This document shows positions 20,941-31,947 of a stretch of 64,000 nucleotides of DNA, in pieces. The DNA comes from Abditibacterium sp. (GTDB lineage: Bacteria; Armatimonadota; Abditibacteriia; Abditibacteriales; Abditibacteriaceae). Position 1 is the first letter of the stretch, and each line of letters starts with the position of its first letter. The notes under the pieces were generated by a model. That model was given only the letters and a program-made list of their open reading frames with translations. It did no database searches and was not told where the DNA came from. A program made the position numbers and the translations under genes. Location of the stretch: assembly GCA_965199495.1 (NCBI GenBank), contig CBDASK010000003.1, forward strand, positions 4,192,001 to 4,256,000, given 5' to 3'.

Positions 20941-21813
20941 ATGTTATTGACTCCCGCTCAACTCAAAACTCTCGACGTTTTAGCTTTGCACGCGCGCAAG
21001 GCGTTTACCGGCGCCAGCAAAGGCGAGAAACGTTCGACCCGGCGCGGCAGTTCGGTCGAGTTCGCCGATTTTCGCTCTTACAATTCGGGCGACGATATTC
21101 GCCGCGTGGATTGGAATGCTTATGCGCGCACCGACAAACTCTATATGAAAATGTTCCTCGAAGAAGAGGATTTGGACGTGTCTTTTTTGATTGACGCGTC
21201 GGCTTCGATGAGTTGGGGCGAGCCGACCAAACTGCGCGCCGCCTGCGAAATCGCCGGAGCATTGGGCTACATCGGCCTCGTCAATTACGACCGCGTTTCG
21301 GCTTCAACGTTCGGCGAAAAATTGCGCGACCGCTTTCCTCCGGCGCGCGGCAAAGGCGCGGCGGGGCAACTGTTTAACTTTCTGGAAAAACCGCAAGCCG
21401 ACGGCGTGGCTGACTTTAGTGAGGCGACACGATTGCTTTCATTGCAATCGCGCCGTTCGGGTCTGGCGATGGTGATTTCGGATTTCTTGTTTCCCGAAGG
21501 CTACGAAACCGGCCTCAAAACTTTGGCCGCGCGCGGCTTCGAGACGACGTGCATACAAGTGTTGGCGCGCGAAGAGTTGGAGCCGACCCTACGCGGCGAT
21601 TTGAAGTTGGTGGATGCTGAAGATGGTTCGATTAAAGAAATCACCATGTCGGCTTCGTTGCTGAAAAATTACAAAATTAATCTCGATAATTATACTGGCG
21701 GGTTGCGCGCGTTCTGTTTGCGATACGGCATGAATTACGTTTTGGCGGGCAACGATACGCCAATTGAAGAAACAGTTTCCAATCTTCTGCGCAAAGCCGG
21801 TGTCGTGCGGTAG
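20941..21813 (+). CDS. DUF58 (VWA-like, MoxR-associated) protein
   Basis: GSSVEFADFRSYNSGDDIRRVDWNAYARTD, LIDASASM, VISDFL. Confidence 0.92.
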   Translation: MLLTPAQLKTLDVLALHARKAFTGASKGEKRSTRRGSSVEFADFRSYNSGDDIRRVDWNAYARTDKLYMKMFLEEEDLDVSFLIDASASMSWGEPTKLRAACEIAGALGYIGLVNYDRVSASTFGEKLRDRFPPARGKGAAGQLFNFLEKPQADGVADFSEATRLLSLQSRRSGLAMVISDFLFPEGYETGLKTLAARGFETTCIQVLAREELEPTLRGDLKLVDAEDGSIKEITMSASLLKNYKINLDNYTGGLRAFCLRYGMNYVLAGNDTPIEETVSNLLRKAGVVR

Positions 21814-22085
21814 TTTTCACGCGTGCCAAGGTCGCTATTTTCATTGATGGTGACTTTTGGCACGGTTACGACTTCGATTCTTGGAAACACAAATTACAAC
21901 CGAAGTGGAGAGAAAAGATAGAAGCCAATATCAATCGGGACGAGCGCAACTTCGCCCAGTTGAAAGAATTGGGTTGGATCGTCACGAGAATTTGGGGACA
22001 CGAAATCAAAGCAGACACAAACGAATGTATTGAGAGAATCGAACGAGTGTTGAAAGCGCAATTCGAAATTACTGAAAGCGATTGA
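21810..22085 (+). pseudogene. vsr: 5'-truncated very-short-patch-repair endonuclease
   Basis: Manual translation VVFTRAKVAIFIDGDFWHG...KIEANINRDERNFAQLKELGWIVTRIWGHEI; N-terminal part and start codon absent. Confidence 0.8.
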
Positions 22086-22092
22086 GCCTCAT

Positions 22093-22953
22093 ATGCCCCA
22101 CGATTTCTCCGATGAAATCCAAGTCGCCTTTGATCGCTACGAAGCCGAGCGCGATGCCCGCGTCGAGTTGCCACCGCTCCGCTTCGTAGGCGGCCCCTAC
22201 TTTCCGGCGCGCGTCAAAAAAGGCGACATCCTCCAATGCGCGCGTCTGGGCGAGATGCGCGTCGTTGGCTGGAGTGACGGGCCGTTGCCGTGGCCCAAAG
22301 GCGTGCGAGGACGAGGTGGGCCACCCTCGCTAATTCTTTTCGCCGATCTGGAGAAGGCAGTGCGCGTCGAGAGCGCGGTCGCCGTGGCCTTGGCGTGGGG
22401 CGTGTCGCGCAACTCCGTCCGCGACTGGCGCGCGGCTCTGGGGGTTGGGCCTATTACGCAAGGCACGGCAGCGCGCCATAAACAGAACAAGCCCGCGATT
22501 TGCGCTGGCATAGATTACGAAGCGATTTCTCGCATATGCCACACGCCCGAAAAGACTGAAAAAGCGCGTTTGACGCGTCTCGCTAATGGTCACAAAAAGC
22601 GGCAGTGGAGCGCCGAAGAAGTCGCTTGGATGGGACAATTGAGCGACGCCGAAATCGCCGAACGCCTTGGTTGCAACAAGCTCACCGTCGCCCGCGAGCG
22701 CAATCGGCGCGGCATTGCCGGGCGTTTCACCGGATGTAGCGCCGATTTACCTCCGGTTGATCCATCCAAGATTCGGGCGCGACGTTTGGCCCTTGGCCTG
22801 ACTCAGCAAGAGGTCGGCGCTCGAATGGGGAAGGCGAAAGACCGGGTTATTCAACTGGAAGCCGCGATTTCAAAGCGAGCCAAACCCGAAACTCTCGAAC
22901 ACCTCGCTCAAGCTCTCGAATGTGAAAAGCGCGATTTGCAACCGGATTGGTAG
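22093..22953 (+). CDS. Multi-HTH DNA-binding protein with C-terminal XRE HTH
   Basis: VALAWGVSRNSV, DAEIAERLGCNKLTV, IRARRLALGLTQQEVGARMG. Confidence 0.7.
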   Translation: MPHDFSDEIQVAFDRYEAERDARVELPPLRFVGGPYFPARVKKGDILQCARLGEMRVVGWSDGPLPWPKGVRGRGGPPSLILFADLEKAVRVESAVAVALAWGVSRNSVRDWRAALGVGPITQGTAARHKQNKPAICAGIDYEAISRICHTPEKTEKARLTRLANGHKKRQWSAEEVAWMGQLSDAEIAERLGCNKLTVARERNRRGIAGRFTGCSADLPPVDPSKIRARRLALGLTQQEVGARMGKAKDRVIQLEAAISKRAKPETLEHLAQALECEKRDLQPDW

Positions 22954-22971
22954 GTCATCGCCTCAAATGGA

Positions 22972-25900
22972 TCAACTGACGACCGGTTCGGCGCGCATCG
23001 GAAACGGCAACACGCGCGGCACCGTGGTTTGCGAAGTCGCGATGGCGCCCTGCGCTTCCGACAAAGCGCTGCGTTGATAGACGAACAAAACGCCGCTTTG
23101 CCGCGTGCCAACGAGCAAACGTTCATCGCGCTGCGCCACCGGCTCCGCGTCGCCTTCCCCCGCCAAAGCTGGCAGATCGAGCGCGAACAATTCGAGCGCA
23201 CTCACGCCTTCCACGGTTTTATCAGCCAGATCGAGAGGTAACGTCAATTCGACTTCATCGAACCACGCGCCGTTTTGTCGCTGCCCACTGAGCCAATCGC
23301 CCGCGCCGCCCGCCACGCCGCGCGGTGGCCATGCGCCCGCCGCTTCGCCAATCGCGCCCCCGCTCCACGTCGCGACGCCGCCAATCGCGCCGTCGCGCGT
23401 CAGTGTGCGCGTATATTCAGTCGCCCCGCTTTTCCAAACTTCGCCGTTTTCCAAGCCCACGAAGTCGCTCGACGCCGCCGTAACCGCCGCGCCAAAAGTG
23501 TGCGTCAGCGACGGCGCCGCCACGCCGTCCGCCGAAGTCCATAACGCGCCCGCCGTGGCGACCGCCAAACCGGCGCCGACCGGCGCGCAAAACGTCACCG
23601 CGTCGGCTAACTCCCACACCAAACGCGGCGCGCCAAAGCTCAAATCGTAGCAACGTGTGGACGGCGTTTGTGTCGCGTCCACGTAAAGCGCCAGTGCGCG
23701 CGTGCCCACGACATCGACAAAACGGGGCGCCCGCGTTTCGCCGCGCACGGTGTAGGCCAGCGCCACTTGCCCGGCATCAGTGTCGAACGCGAACAGTTCA
23801 CCGGGCCGCACGACAAACAATTTATCGCCCAACAGCGCGGCGTCGGAGGCGTCGCCAGCGACGTTATCCGCGCCAACGAAAATCGGCGTCAACTGGCCAT
23901 CGTAAATGAACGCCTTCGCCGGATCGGTGCCCCACACCAGATGTTTCCCCGGCTCGATTTGGCGCAGTTTTATAACCGTCGCGGTGCCCGTCGAGAAAGC
24001 CGACAAAACCCACTGCTTCGTCCATTTTTCGCGCATTCGTATCTCTGCCAGATGCGGCAAGTTCAACGTGACCGGCGCGCCATACTGGGCGCGCGCGATG
24101 CGGTTGCCCTGCGCGCTTTGCGTCTCGCCGCGTTGCAGCACAATCGGCTGATGCTTGAGCCAATCTTCGTGCTGATACGGCCCATCCAAAGCGGTGCCAC
24201 TGCGCACGCCATGCTGCACCCAGAAATTGCGCGCCGTATTTTCAGCCGTCGGCCACACCTCGATGCCGACGTTGGCGCGCCCGATGACCTGACCGGCGGG
24301 CGCATCGAAACGGTAAACGTCGCGATAGAAGACGTTGCCGTGTAGCGAGTTTTCGACGACAACCGCGCGCGACATTTCGGCAAAGCAGCAATCGCTTCCA
24401 CGCGCGCGCACGCGCAAACTTTTGGCACCAGAACTATAATCAAGCGGCGAAAAATAGAAGGCGTAAACGCCGTTGCGCGGCGTGCCCGACGTGCGCGATA
24501 ACTGCACGACCGGCAACAGATAATCGCCCAGATACAACTCGATTTGCGCATCTGCGGTATCGAGCGACGCGCACGCATCGTCGGGCAAGAGCGGCACGCC
24601 GCATTCGTTCACGGTTTCGCCCGTATCGGCGAGCGAAAAGCGCAGCCACGTCGGGCGCGAAATAACTGCGTTTTCGTCGGGCGCAATCCACGCGATTTGC
24701 AGCGCTTCGGACGCCAGCGTAACCGTCGCGCTCCACGGCCCCCATGCGCCCGCGCCCACATCGTTGACGCCGCGCGCGCGATATTTGCGCGCGCTTTGTC
24801 CCGCGTCTGCATCGTCAAACGTCGCGGTCGCGATGACGAGATTGGGCGCATCGTCGCGCGCGAGTTCGAGCGAAGTCGCGCGCGGCGGCAAAGCGGGCGC
24901 GGTGACGACGATTTTATCCTGTTCGCAGTTTTTGGTCGCCGTGGGCGCGACGGGCGCATCCGGCGCCATCGGCGCGCCAGTCGGAACCGGAATACACGGC
25001 CCGCCTTCGACCTCACGATAAAAACCCGGCTCACAACAGTCGCAATCTTCGCCCGAACCGCTCCCCGAACCGCTCCCCGAACCGCTCCCCGAACCGCCCC
25101 CCGAACCGCTCCCCGAACCGCTCCCCGAACCGGATTCGATGCTTTCGGAAATCTGAGACTGGTCACTCAAATGACAATCATTCGCGTCTAAAAGCGCGAG
25201 GTTAAATGTCAAAAGTCGCGGCTCATCAAACTCGCTATACGCGGAACCAGAAAACGAATAGCGTTTGTAAACGTGGATGCCGACTTGCCCCGTGGAATCG
25301 TTGCCAAATTCGTCTTTGACGGTTTCCACAACCGCGCTCGTGGAAACGTCCCCTTGTTCACAGGAAAACGTTTCAACGGCCAATGGGCCACGCGCGATTA
25401 TCCTGCGACTAAATGTAAAGTGATTGCCGTAACTAAAATTACCCGAACTCGAAGGCGAATCTACGCTGCCTATCTCATTAAAATTGTAATTGCTAACATC
25501 TATTCGGACAATGCACGCTTCAATATATCGTTTAAAGCCGTCAACGTCCGGGCCGACACCTCCGCGCGTGGTGAAATAAATCTCTCCATTGAGCGCGCCT
25601 TCAAGGTCATCAAACTCGTAAATCTGACCGGTGAAATCGGCGGGGGGAGTGTTGGTTTTATACCAATCAATAGATTTGCCGTCGAATTCGCCTTCGACAA
25701 GCTCAACCGCCGTGGCTGTGTAACGCCGCGTCTCTAAATCAAACCTCAGTTTGATGCGCGGCGATGATTCGTAATTATCGGAGCCGGAGCCACTACCAGA
25801 ACCCGAACCGGAACCCGAACCGGAACCCGAACCCGAACCAGAGCCGGAACCCGAACCAGAGCCGGAACCGCTACCAGAGCCGGAACCGCTACCAGAGCCG

Positions 25901-26127
25901 GAACCGCTACCAGAGCCGGAACCGCTACCAGAGCCGGAACCGCTACCAGAGCCGGAACCGCTACCAGAGCCGGTGCCGCTACCAGAGCCGGTGCCGGTGC
26001 CGGTGCCAGAAGGCGTGCCGATTGGAACGCACTCGCCCGTTCCATCCTGTCGAAAATATCCAGGCGGACATTCGCCCGTTCCAAAACCTGAACTGCTACC
26101 AGAACCTGAACCGCTATTATTTTGCAT
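22972..26127 (-). CDS. Large phage tail/fibre-like protein with Gly-Ser repeats
   Basis: 1051 aa; (GS)n tracts, Cys-rich repeats, fibronectin-like [14 protein letters not shown] segment; end of the tail operon. Confidence 0.65.
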   Translation of the reverse strand: MQNNSGSGSGSSSGFGTGECPPGYFRQDGTGECVPIGTPSGTGTGTGSGSGTGSGSGSGSGSGSGSGSGSGSGSGSGSGSGSGSGSGSGSGSGSGSGSGSGSGSGSGSGSGSGSGSDNYESSPRIKLRFDLETRRYTATAVELVEGEFDGKSIDWYKTNTPPADFTGQIYEFDDLEGALNGEIYFTTRGGVGPDVDGFKRYIEACIVRIDVSNYNFNEIGSVDSPSSSGNFSYGNHFTFSRRIIARGPLAVETFSCEQGDVSTSAVVETVKDEFGNDSTGQVGIHVYKRYSFSGSAYSEFDEPRLLTFNLALLDANDCHLSDQSQISESIESGSGSGSGSGSGGGSGSGSGSGSGSGSGEDCDCCEPGFYREVEGGPCIPVPTGAPMAPDAPVAPTATKNCEQDKIVVTAPALPPRATSLELARDDAPNLVIATATFDDADAGQSARKYRARGVNDVGAGAWGPWSATVTLASEALQIAWIAPDENAVISRPTWLRFSLADTGETVNECGVPLLPDDACASLDTADAQIELYLGDYLLPVVQLSRTSGTPRNGVYAFYFSPLDYSSGAKSLRVRARGSDCCFAEMSRAVVVENSLHGNVFYRDVYRFDAPAGQVIGRANVGIEVWPTAENTARNFWVQHGVRSGTALDGPYQHEDWLKHQPIVLQRGETQSAQGNRIARAQYGAPVTLNLPHLAEIRMREKWTKQWVLSAFSTGTATVIKLRQIEPGKHLVWGTDPAKAFIYDGQLTPIFVGADNVAGDASDAALLGDKLFVVRPGELFAFDTDAGQVALAYTVRGETRAPRFVDVVGTRALALYVDATQTPSTRCYDLSFGAPRLVWELADAVTFCAPVGAGLAVATAGALWTSADGVAAPSLTHTFGAAVTAASSDFVGLENGEVWKSGATEYTRTLTRDGAIGGVATWSGGAIGEAAGAWPPRGVAGGAGDWLSGQRQNGAWFDEVELTLPLDLADKTVEGVSALELFALDLPALAGEGDAEPVAQRDERLLVGTRQSGVLFVYQRSALSEAQGAIATSQTTVPRVLPFPMRAEPVVS
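25053..25133. repeat. 12-bp tandem repeat (gaaccgctcccc)n encoding a GS linker
   Basis: Direct observation. Confidence 0.9.
25781..26010. repeat. Tandem repeats (18-bp gagccggaaccgctacca plus 6/12-bp units) encoding a long GS tract
   Basis: Direct observation. Confidence 0.9.
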
Positions 26128-26956
26128 TATTTAGAACCTCTTTTAAAACTGTCTCTGGCGAAATCGAACTGAGCGCACTGCACCCTCTATCGCACGCATC
26201 CGAATAGCTTTTCTCGCGTTGCCAGCCGCAAAACCGACACTTCGTATCAGGCGTAACCGCGCGAACTTCGCTGCAACTCCACAAAATTTGCGGCGCTAAC
26301 TGCGCGTGAATCGCCACCGTCGGCGCGCCCAAAAGCCCCGCGTAATGTGCGATGCCGGAATCGTTGCCCACAACGCAGCGCGCGGCTAAAATCGCATCGC
26401 CAACCCACGCCGCATCGTGCCCGTAAACCCAACTCATCCAACTTCCCAGATAGCCAAATTCGACCTGCGCGCGCGCCGCGTCCGCCGCCGTGACCAGCGC
26501 CACCACGTCGAAACCGCCCGCGTGCAGCAGTTCCGCCAGCCGCGCGAAATGCGGCGACGGCCATTCGCGCGCGCGCCACGCCGAAAACGGCGATAACAAA
26601 ACCACGTTCGTTTTGCCGCGAACACCGTGCGTCGCCGCACGGTGTTCGCGATTGATTTTCGCTGGCGCGGCGGGCGCAAACGGTTCGATGCCCGCGCCGC
26701 GCGCGATGGAATCGCAGTAGTAACGTTTGCGGTCAGAGCCGCTTCGGATATGAGCTTCATAATCGCTGTTACAGTTAATGCCAGTTTCGGCATGAGCCAA
26801 AAGCGTGAGGTTCGGATGCGAAACGCGCGCGAACCAATCGTGATGGCGCGCGTGGTAAATCACCTCATGTCCGGCGTTAGCGGCGCCGCACGCGGCATAG
26901 AGCGCGCACACGCTGTCGCCGATTCCGCCCGCCGAATTGTAGAGATTAAGCTGCAT
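26117..26956 (-). CDS. Glycosyltransferase family 9 (heptosyltransferase-like)
   Basis: [44 protein letters not shown]-terminal Cys cluster. Confidence 0.85.
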   Translation of the reverse strand: MQLNLYNSAGGIGDSVCALYAACGAANAGHEVIYHARHHDWFARVSHPNLTLLAHAETGINCNSDYEAHIRSGSDRKRYYCDSIARGAGIEPFAPAAPAKINREHRAATHGVRGKTNVVLLSPFSAWRAREWPSPHFARLAELLHAGGFDVVALVTAADAARAQVEFGYLGSWMSWVYGHDAAWVGDAILAARCVVGNDSGIAHYAGLLGAPTVAIHAQLAPQILWSCSEVRAVTPDTKCRFCGWQREKSYSDACDRGCSALSSISPETVLKEVLNNAK

Positions 26957-27020
26957 GAGACACCCCGATTTGTTCGGCGATTACGTCCATATAAGATCTG
27001 AGTTATACCGATCGCGTTTT

Positions 27021-27269
27021 TTAAATTTCTGCGCCCGTCTCGTCGTCCAATTGCGCGATTTTCTCGGCGCGTATCTGCGCGAGATAGGGCGCGCACAGCG
27101 TTTCGCATAATTTTCGCGCGCCAAAATCTGCGCGCGAAATCGGATTTGGCGACGTTGTGCCGTCAGCGTTGAGAATGAGTTCTTGATACCCTGCGCTGTC
27201 AGCATAAGCGTCCACCGCATCTTTCTGTTTTTGGTTCGATGTTTTGATGTTGATTTGAAGTTTTGACAT
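27021..27269 (-). CDS. Small phage protein (possible tail-fibre chaperone)
   Basis: 82 aa ORF directly downstream of the fibre-like gene. Confidence 0.5.
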   Translation of the reverse strand: MSKLQINIKTSNQKQKDAVDAYADSAGYQELILNADGTTSPNPISRADFGARKLCETLCAPYLAQIRAEKIAQLDDETGAEI

Positions 27270-27279
27270 GATTTTGATG

Positions 27280-28470
27280 TTAGTTCTTGGATTCGACGCG
27301 CCAAAAAGTGCCCTCGCTGACAAGGACGACGCACGCGAATTGCGCTGTTAATACCACGTCGCCGCCCGCGAGATTTGTGACCGTTAGCGTGTTTGATGCG
27401 ACTGTTTTCCATATCGAATAACGCCGACCGGGACACGTTGACGCGGCGGGCAATGACTGAGAAATGCTCGCGTTTGTCGTATCGAATCCGATGCTGTGAT
27501 GTTGTTCTGATAACGTCACAGCGTCGGTTGAGACAATGTGCGAACCTAATGCGACACTGCCGTTGCCGTGCAAATGCGAGTGAGGCGCCGTCACTCCCGC
27601 AAAACCTACTTTATTTAGAGCAATTGTGAGCGGATAATAAACGACCCCATCACCATAATTCTCCGTTAAAAATCTGTGATATGGTTCATAACGCCCGTTA
27701 TAAACCATGCCATTATTCCGTTGAATTGACATGTTCACACCGCCCCAAAAAATTAAATTTGGCCCCATATTCAAAGACGGCATTGACTCAATTCCCGTTA
27801 CCCCGCCAAAATTTGCGGTGTAGTCCTTTTGTGCAGGGTCTCCGAAATAGATTCTGCGCGAACCTGTGTTGCTACTGATAAAAATAGCGTCAACGGCAGG
27901 ATTGGCGGGGTCGGGTCGTAACTCAATTTTCGCTCCAGCGCTACCGGGCAGGTTCGCGATTTTGTTGAGGTCTAAACGATTCGCTGAAAATGGTGCGTTA
28001 AGATTCGTAAATCTCCCGTCATCGCCCGCCGCCGCGCCGATATTGCCCCGCGCCGTCGCCTGTTCCGCCGTCGTCAATCCGCCCAACAGACGCGCCGCCT
28101 TGCCCTGAATCGCTGTCCAAAGATTCGCGAGAACATTGCGCAAAAACGACGACGCGCCCTCGTTGGTAACATCGAGCGTGGGGAGACCGCTGTCGTCAAT
28201 CGCATCAATCGCGGCTTGCAGTGATTCAAAATCATCCGCGCTCGCAGCCTCAATCGCATTACGTCCCGCTTCTGCGTCTGACGACGTGAGCAACGCGCGC
28301 CCGGTGCCGGTTGCGTCGCTGATTTTGTCTGAGGTGACATCGCCGACGCCGTCGCTGACATCGCCGCCCTGCACAATGCTATGCGTGGCCGGATCGTAAG
28401 CCAGGGAGACCGCGCCAAGCGCCGCTTGAAAGGGCGCGGTGTCAACAGTAATAAATCGTGGAAGTCGCAT
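27280..28470 (-). CDS. Putative tail fibre protein
   Basis: ISDATGTGRALLT..AGRNAI and EQATARGNIGA fibre-type repeats; C-terminal LPAASTCPGRRYSI motif. Confidence 0.65.
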   Translation of the reverse strand: MRLPRFITVDTAPFQAALGAVSLAYDPATHSIVQGGDVSDGVGDVTSDKISDATGTGRALLTSSDAEAGRNAIEAASADDFESLQAAIDAIDDSGLPTLDVTNEGASSFLRNVLANLWTAIQGKAARLLGGLTTAEQATARGNIGAAAGDDGRFTNLNAPFSANRLDLNKIANLPGSAGAKIELRPDPANPAVDAIFISSNTGSRRIYFGDPAQKDYTANFGGVTGIESMPSLNMGPNLIFWGGVNMSIQRNNGMVYNGRYEPYHRFLTENYGDGVVYYPLTIALNKVGFAGVTAPHSHLHGNGSVALGSHIVSTDAVTLSEQHHSIGFDTTNASISQSLPAASTCPGRRYSIWKTVASNTLTVTNLAGGDVVLTAQFACVVLVSEGTFWRVESKN

Positions 28471-28478
28471 GATGAAAA

Positions 28479-30866
28479 TTAAGCCCGGCGCATGAGTTCA
28501 GGCAGTTCATCCAGCCGCACTGGCTGGTTTGTCGGCGTCACCAACACCACGGCTTCGATGCGCGCCGTGGCTGGCGTTGCGGGCACGATCAGGCGCCCGT
28601 AGTGCGCTAAGTGCGTGTAAGTCGTCAAATCGCCGCGCGACGCATCGCTATTTATCCGATACCACAGACACGGATAGGCATCTCGCTCATCGCTCAGCCG
28701 CTTTTCGTCGCTTGTATCGTTGATTTGAAAAGCCGACATCGGAGCTGCTGCGTCGGGTGTCATCCGTTCGAGACAGCGAAAACCAGAACCATCGGGCAAA
28801 CTGTCGATCACGCATTGCGCATTACCGCACGCCGGTTCGATGAACGGCCCTTCGACGCTGCCATCGCTGAGTATGTCGAAACAGAGTTTGCCCCAAAAAA
28901 GATTTGGATCGTAGGGCAAAGTGCCGTTGGGTCGCGCGTTGAAGAACATCGTCGTCGGATTGACGAAGAGCGACAGCCAGAAGCCAGTCGTCGGCATCGT
29001 CGCGCTCGCGCGCCACACGCCGCCGCCGTCGCGTCCCGCTTGCTCTATCCAAACGAAATACGCCGCCAACTTCGCCACGTCGCCGCCCGCCGCCTCGAAC
29101 TCCGCGCGGCTCAGCGTAAACGATTCCAGTTCCTCATTCCAAAACGAGCAGATATGAGTTCCGCCGCCGCCCGCGTTGAGAATCTCGACCACGCGATTGG
29201 CCGGGCCGATGCCATCGTCGCCATCGCGCGCCGTCACGAACAAACGCGCGTCTTCGCCCGCATTGCAAACCGTCGCGCGCCGAATGAAATAGGGAAACGC
29301 CGCATCGCGCAGCGTGCGACCATCGGCCACGGCGCAGATCGGCGCATCGTTTACATGGGGTCGCGCGCCTTCGCTGGCACCGGGCGCTTCGTCCACTGCG
29401 TCGGGCGCATCTTCGGGCTTTTGCTCCGACGGCGCGTGCGCGGGTTCGTCCGGCGGCGCTTGGCCGTCGCCGGGCGCATAGCCCCACAAATAGAGCCGAC
29501 TGCCGACCGCGCGCAGCCGTTGCCAGAAGTGCGTCGCGGTCGGGCGCTTCATGCCCGCAAATCCCTGCCAGCGCCCGCTTTCCATCCAGTCGAGATAAAG
29601 CGTCTCCGGCTCGTCGGAGCGCACCGCCCAGTAGCGCCCCAGATACAACTCCGCGCAGTTGGTGCCGTGCCACAGTGTTGACGGCCCGCTCAAATCGCGC
29701 CCGCCCACGCGCCGCACCATGCGATTGTAGTGCGCCGTGCCATCGCTGACGCCGCCGAAGTTCTCCGTCCAGAAAATCATTTCATTGGCTGATGGAAAGC
29801 GTAGACAGTTGCCGCCGGGATGCCCGTGGCTGCGGTCGGGGTAGCCGGGTAGCGCCTCGCGCACATCGGGCGCGTCGGGGTCGTAGCGAAACAAAGCGCA
29901 CTCGGTCAGGAAATAGAGCGTGCCATCGGGCGCCTGCACCAAATCGCTACAAAAATGATTGGTCTTGGCGCACTCGCACACGCCATCGGTGAAGCTGGTT
30001 TGCAATCCCAACAACTTCGCCGTGCCGTCGGCGCGCAGCAGCCACAACGCGGATTGCGGGCCATTTTCCGACGCCCGCAACCCGCCGATCAAAAGCGCAC
30101 CGGCGGGCGCGATGAACTGCCCGTCGTTGGTGCGAAGCGACTGCGTTAGCTCGCAGGACGCTGACACCGCGCGTGCCAAGGGGTCGAAGACAACGCGATA
30201 CTGCGCCGCGTTGGCGGGCGTGACAATCGCTTCGGTTTCGTCGTCGTTTTTGGCGTAAAGCGCCGCGCCCGGAGAAGGACAAACGCCCGCCGCGACGCTC
30301 CACTCGCCATCCCCTACGACAACGCGAAGCGCGCTCCACTCGCCGTCTTTGATACGCGCCGGGCCAAAGGGCGTCTCGAACACGGCGCCCGCGAAGGTGC
30401 GCGCCCACAGCAGATAGGCGCCATCGGGCACAATTCCCAACGCGCCATCGGCGCCCGACTGCGCGACCATCGCGCCGGTGGCACACGAGTAAAGTCGGGC
30501 GTCGGCCACGCCTTCGGGCACGCCCATCCCGTAATAATTGGCGCGGTAAAGCGTGATGCCCCTCGCCACGAGCGGCGCGCCCGACGCCACGCGGTCGAGC
30601 GGTTCGGGGAAACCGTTTGGGTTGAAGGTTTCGCGCGCCGCATCCAGGACGCGCAGATCGCCGACGACTTCGCGCGCGGGCATTGGGATAACGCCCGCCC
30701 ATGCGCCTTTGCGCTCGCTCCAGTAATGCTCGTCGTATTGCCACAACCCGTTTTGCACGCCCGCGAAAACTTGACCCGCGTGAGCGAGTGATTCCATCGT
30801 GCGAATTGAGGGTAGCGCCGTAAAATCGAAATGGGCGTGCGTTGGTATCAGTAAAGGGGCGGGCAT
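28479..30866 (-). CDS. Phage tail-region hypothetical protein
   Basis: 795 aa ORF tightly packed in the tail operon. Confidence 0.6.
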   Translation of the reverse strand: MPAPLLIPTHAHFDFTALPSIRTMESLAHAGQVFAGVQNGLWQYDEHYWSERKGAWAGVIPMPAREVVGDLRVLDAARETFNPNGFPEPLDRVASGAPLVARGITLYRANYYGMGVPEGVADARLYSCATGAMVAQSGADGALGIVPDGAYLLWARTFAGAVFETPFGPARIKDGEWSALRVVVGDGEWSVAAGVCPSPGAALYAKNDDETEAIVTPANAAQYRVVFDPLARAVSASCELTQSLRTNDGQFIAPAGALLIGGLRASENGPQSALWLLRADGTAKLLGLQTSFTDGVCECAKTNHFCSDLVQAPDGTLYFLTECALFRYDPDAPDVREALPGYPDRSHGHPGGNCLRFPSANEMIFWTENFGGVSDGTAHYNRMVRRVGGRDLSGPSTLWHGTNCAELYLGRYWAVRSDEPETLYLDWMESGRWQGFAGMKRPTATHFWQRLRAVGSRLYLWGYAPGDGQAPPDEPAHAPSEQKPEDAPDAVDEAPGASEGARPHVNDAPICAVADGRTLRDAAFPYFIRRATVCNAGEDARLFVTARDGDDGIGPANRVVEILNAGGGGTHICSFWNEELESFTLSRAEFEAAGGDVAKLAAYFVWIEQAGRDGGGVWRASATMPTTGFWLSLFVNPTTMFFNARPNGTLPYDPNLFWGKLCFDILSDGSVEGPFIEPACGNAQCVIDSLPDGSGFRCLERMTPDAAAPMSAFQINDTSDEKRLSDERDAYPCLWYRINSDASRGDLTTYTHLAHYGRLIVPATPATARIEAVVLVTPTNQPVRLDELPELMRRA

Positions 30867-30869
30867 AAT

Positions 30870-31748
30870 TTAGGGGCCGACGGAGCCGAGGTCGGGATGG
30901 AAGGGCATTTCGAGCGGGGCATTGGTGTCGGGCGTGAAATCTGGTGTCGAGTTTTGCCCGTGCCCAAAATTGGCGCCCACGGCGGAAATTTGCAATCGCT
31001 CGATGGCGGGCGGGTTGACTTCGCCAAGGCCCACAGCGAGGGCGCCGATGGCCTCGCCCAGCAGATCGAACGGTTGCGGGAAAATGTCGTTGCCCTGCTG
31101 CAAGAGGGCGATTTGCGCCGCTAATGCGGCGATGGTGTTTTCGTTTTGTGCAATGCGGTTTTGGAGCGCGATGAAAGCAACCTGCGCGTTAAAATCAGCG
31201 TTGGGATCGGTTGGGTCGGCGGCTTCAAATTGCGCTAATCGCTCGTTGACGGTGCCTTTTTCGCGCGCTTCATCATCGTAACCGATGTCGGCCTGCAACT
31301 CTTCTAACAATGCAATTTTGCTGCGCGGTCGCCTGTCAACCCACTGTGTTTCAACCCATTGCGCCAATAGAAGTGCATCTGGCTCTTCTTCGTCTTCCGA
31401 CACGCGCAGTGTCGGCAACGCTCCGCGCGCCGAGTTGGTGCCCTGCGTGTCCTCGAATTCAGGGACGCGCAGAACCAAATGCAGATACTCGCCATCGCCG
31501 CGCGCAGGAATGGGAAGAGTATCAGGCACGCGAACGTAAATCGGCACGCCCGATTCGGTGCGAATAATCGCGCCGCCTGGCGCCACGGTGGATGTTCCCG
31601 CGAGCAGATCGGAGGCGCGCAAAACGCCGACGCCCAACGCCTCAAAAGCGCCGGGCAACTGTGCCTGCAAAATATCGCCGCGCAGATTGAGATCGTCTTC
31701 ATCAATTATGCTGTCAAAAGCGTAATCGGTCTTGATGTTATAGCTCAT
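30870..31748 (-). CDS. Phage tail-region protein with coiled-coil segment
   Basis: Operonic; ALQNRIAQNENTIAALAAQIALLQQ heptads. Confidence 0.6.
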   Translation of the reverse strand: MSYNIKTDYAFDSIIDEDDLNLRGDILQAQLPGAFEALGVGVLRASDLLAGTSTVAPGGAIIRTESGVPIYVRVPDTLPIPARGDGEYLHLVLRVPEFEDTQGTNSARGALPTLRVSEDEEEPDALLLAQWVETQWVDRRPRSKIALLEELQADIGYDDEAREKGTVNERLAQFEAADPTDPNADFNAQVAFIALQNRIAQNENTIAALAAQIALLQQGNDIFPQPFDLLGEAIGALAVGLGEVNPPAIERLQISAVGANFGHGQNSTPDFTPDTNAPLEMPFHPDLGSVGP

Positions 31749-31945
31749 CCCAATTTCCCCTCGTTAAGTGGCACTGTGCCGCAACGCAATGTGCGCCGCC
31801 CCAACGCGCGCGGTGTGGCTAACGCTCCATCAGTTGCGTCGGAGCGTTGGGCGTCGCGCATAATGGTGTTACGAAGCGGCGTTTGTTCGCTGGCTTTTGT
31901 GACCGCGCGCTCGACAATTTTGTTTTGAGATTCCCGAAGATGCAT
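31745..31945 (-). CDS. Small phage tail-region protein
   Basis: ATG 3 nt after the upstream stop; its stop overlaps the next start. Confidence 0.45.
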   Translation of the reverse strand: MHLRESQNKIVERAVTKASEQTPLRNTIMRDAQRSDATDGALATPRALGRRTLRCGTVPLNEGKLG

Positions 31946-31947
31946 TT

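Noticed and set aside
25053..26010. GS-coding tandem repeats as a CRISPR array
   Set aside because: Head-to-tail units without spacers, in frame within a CDS
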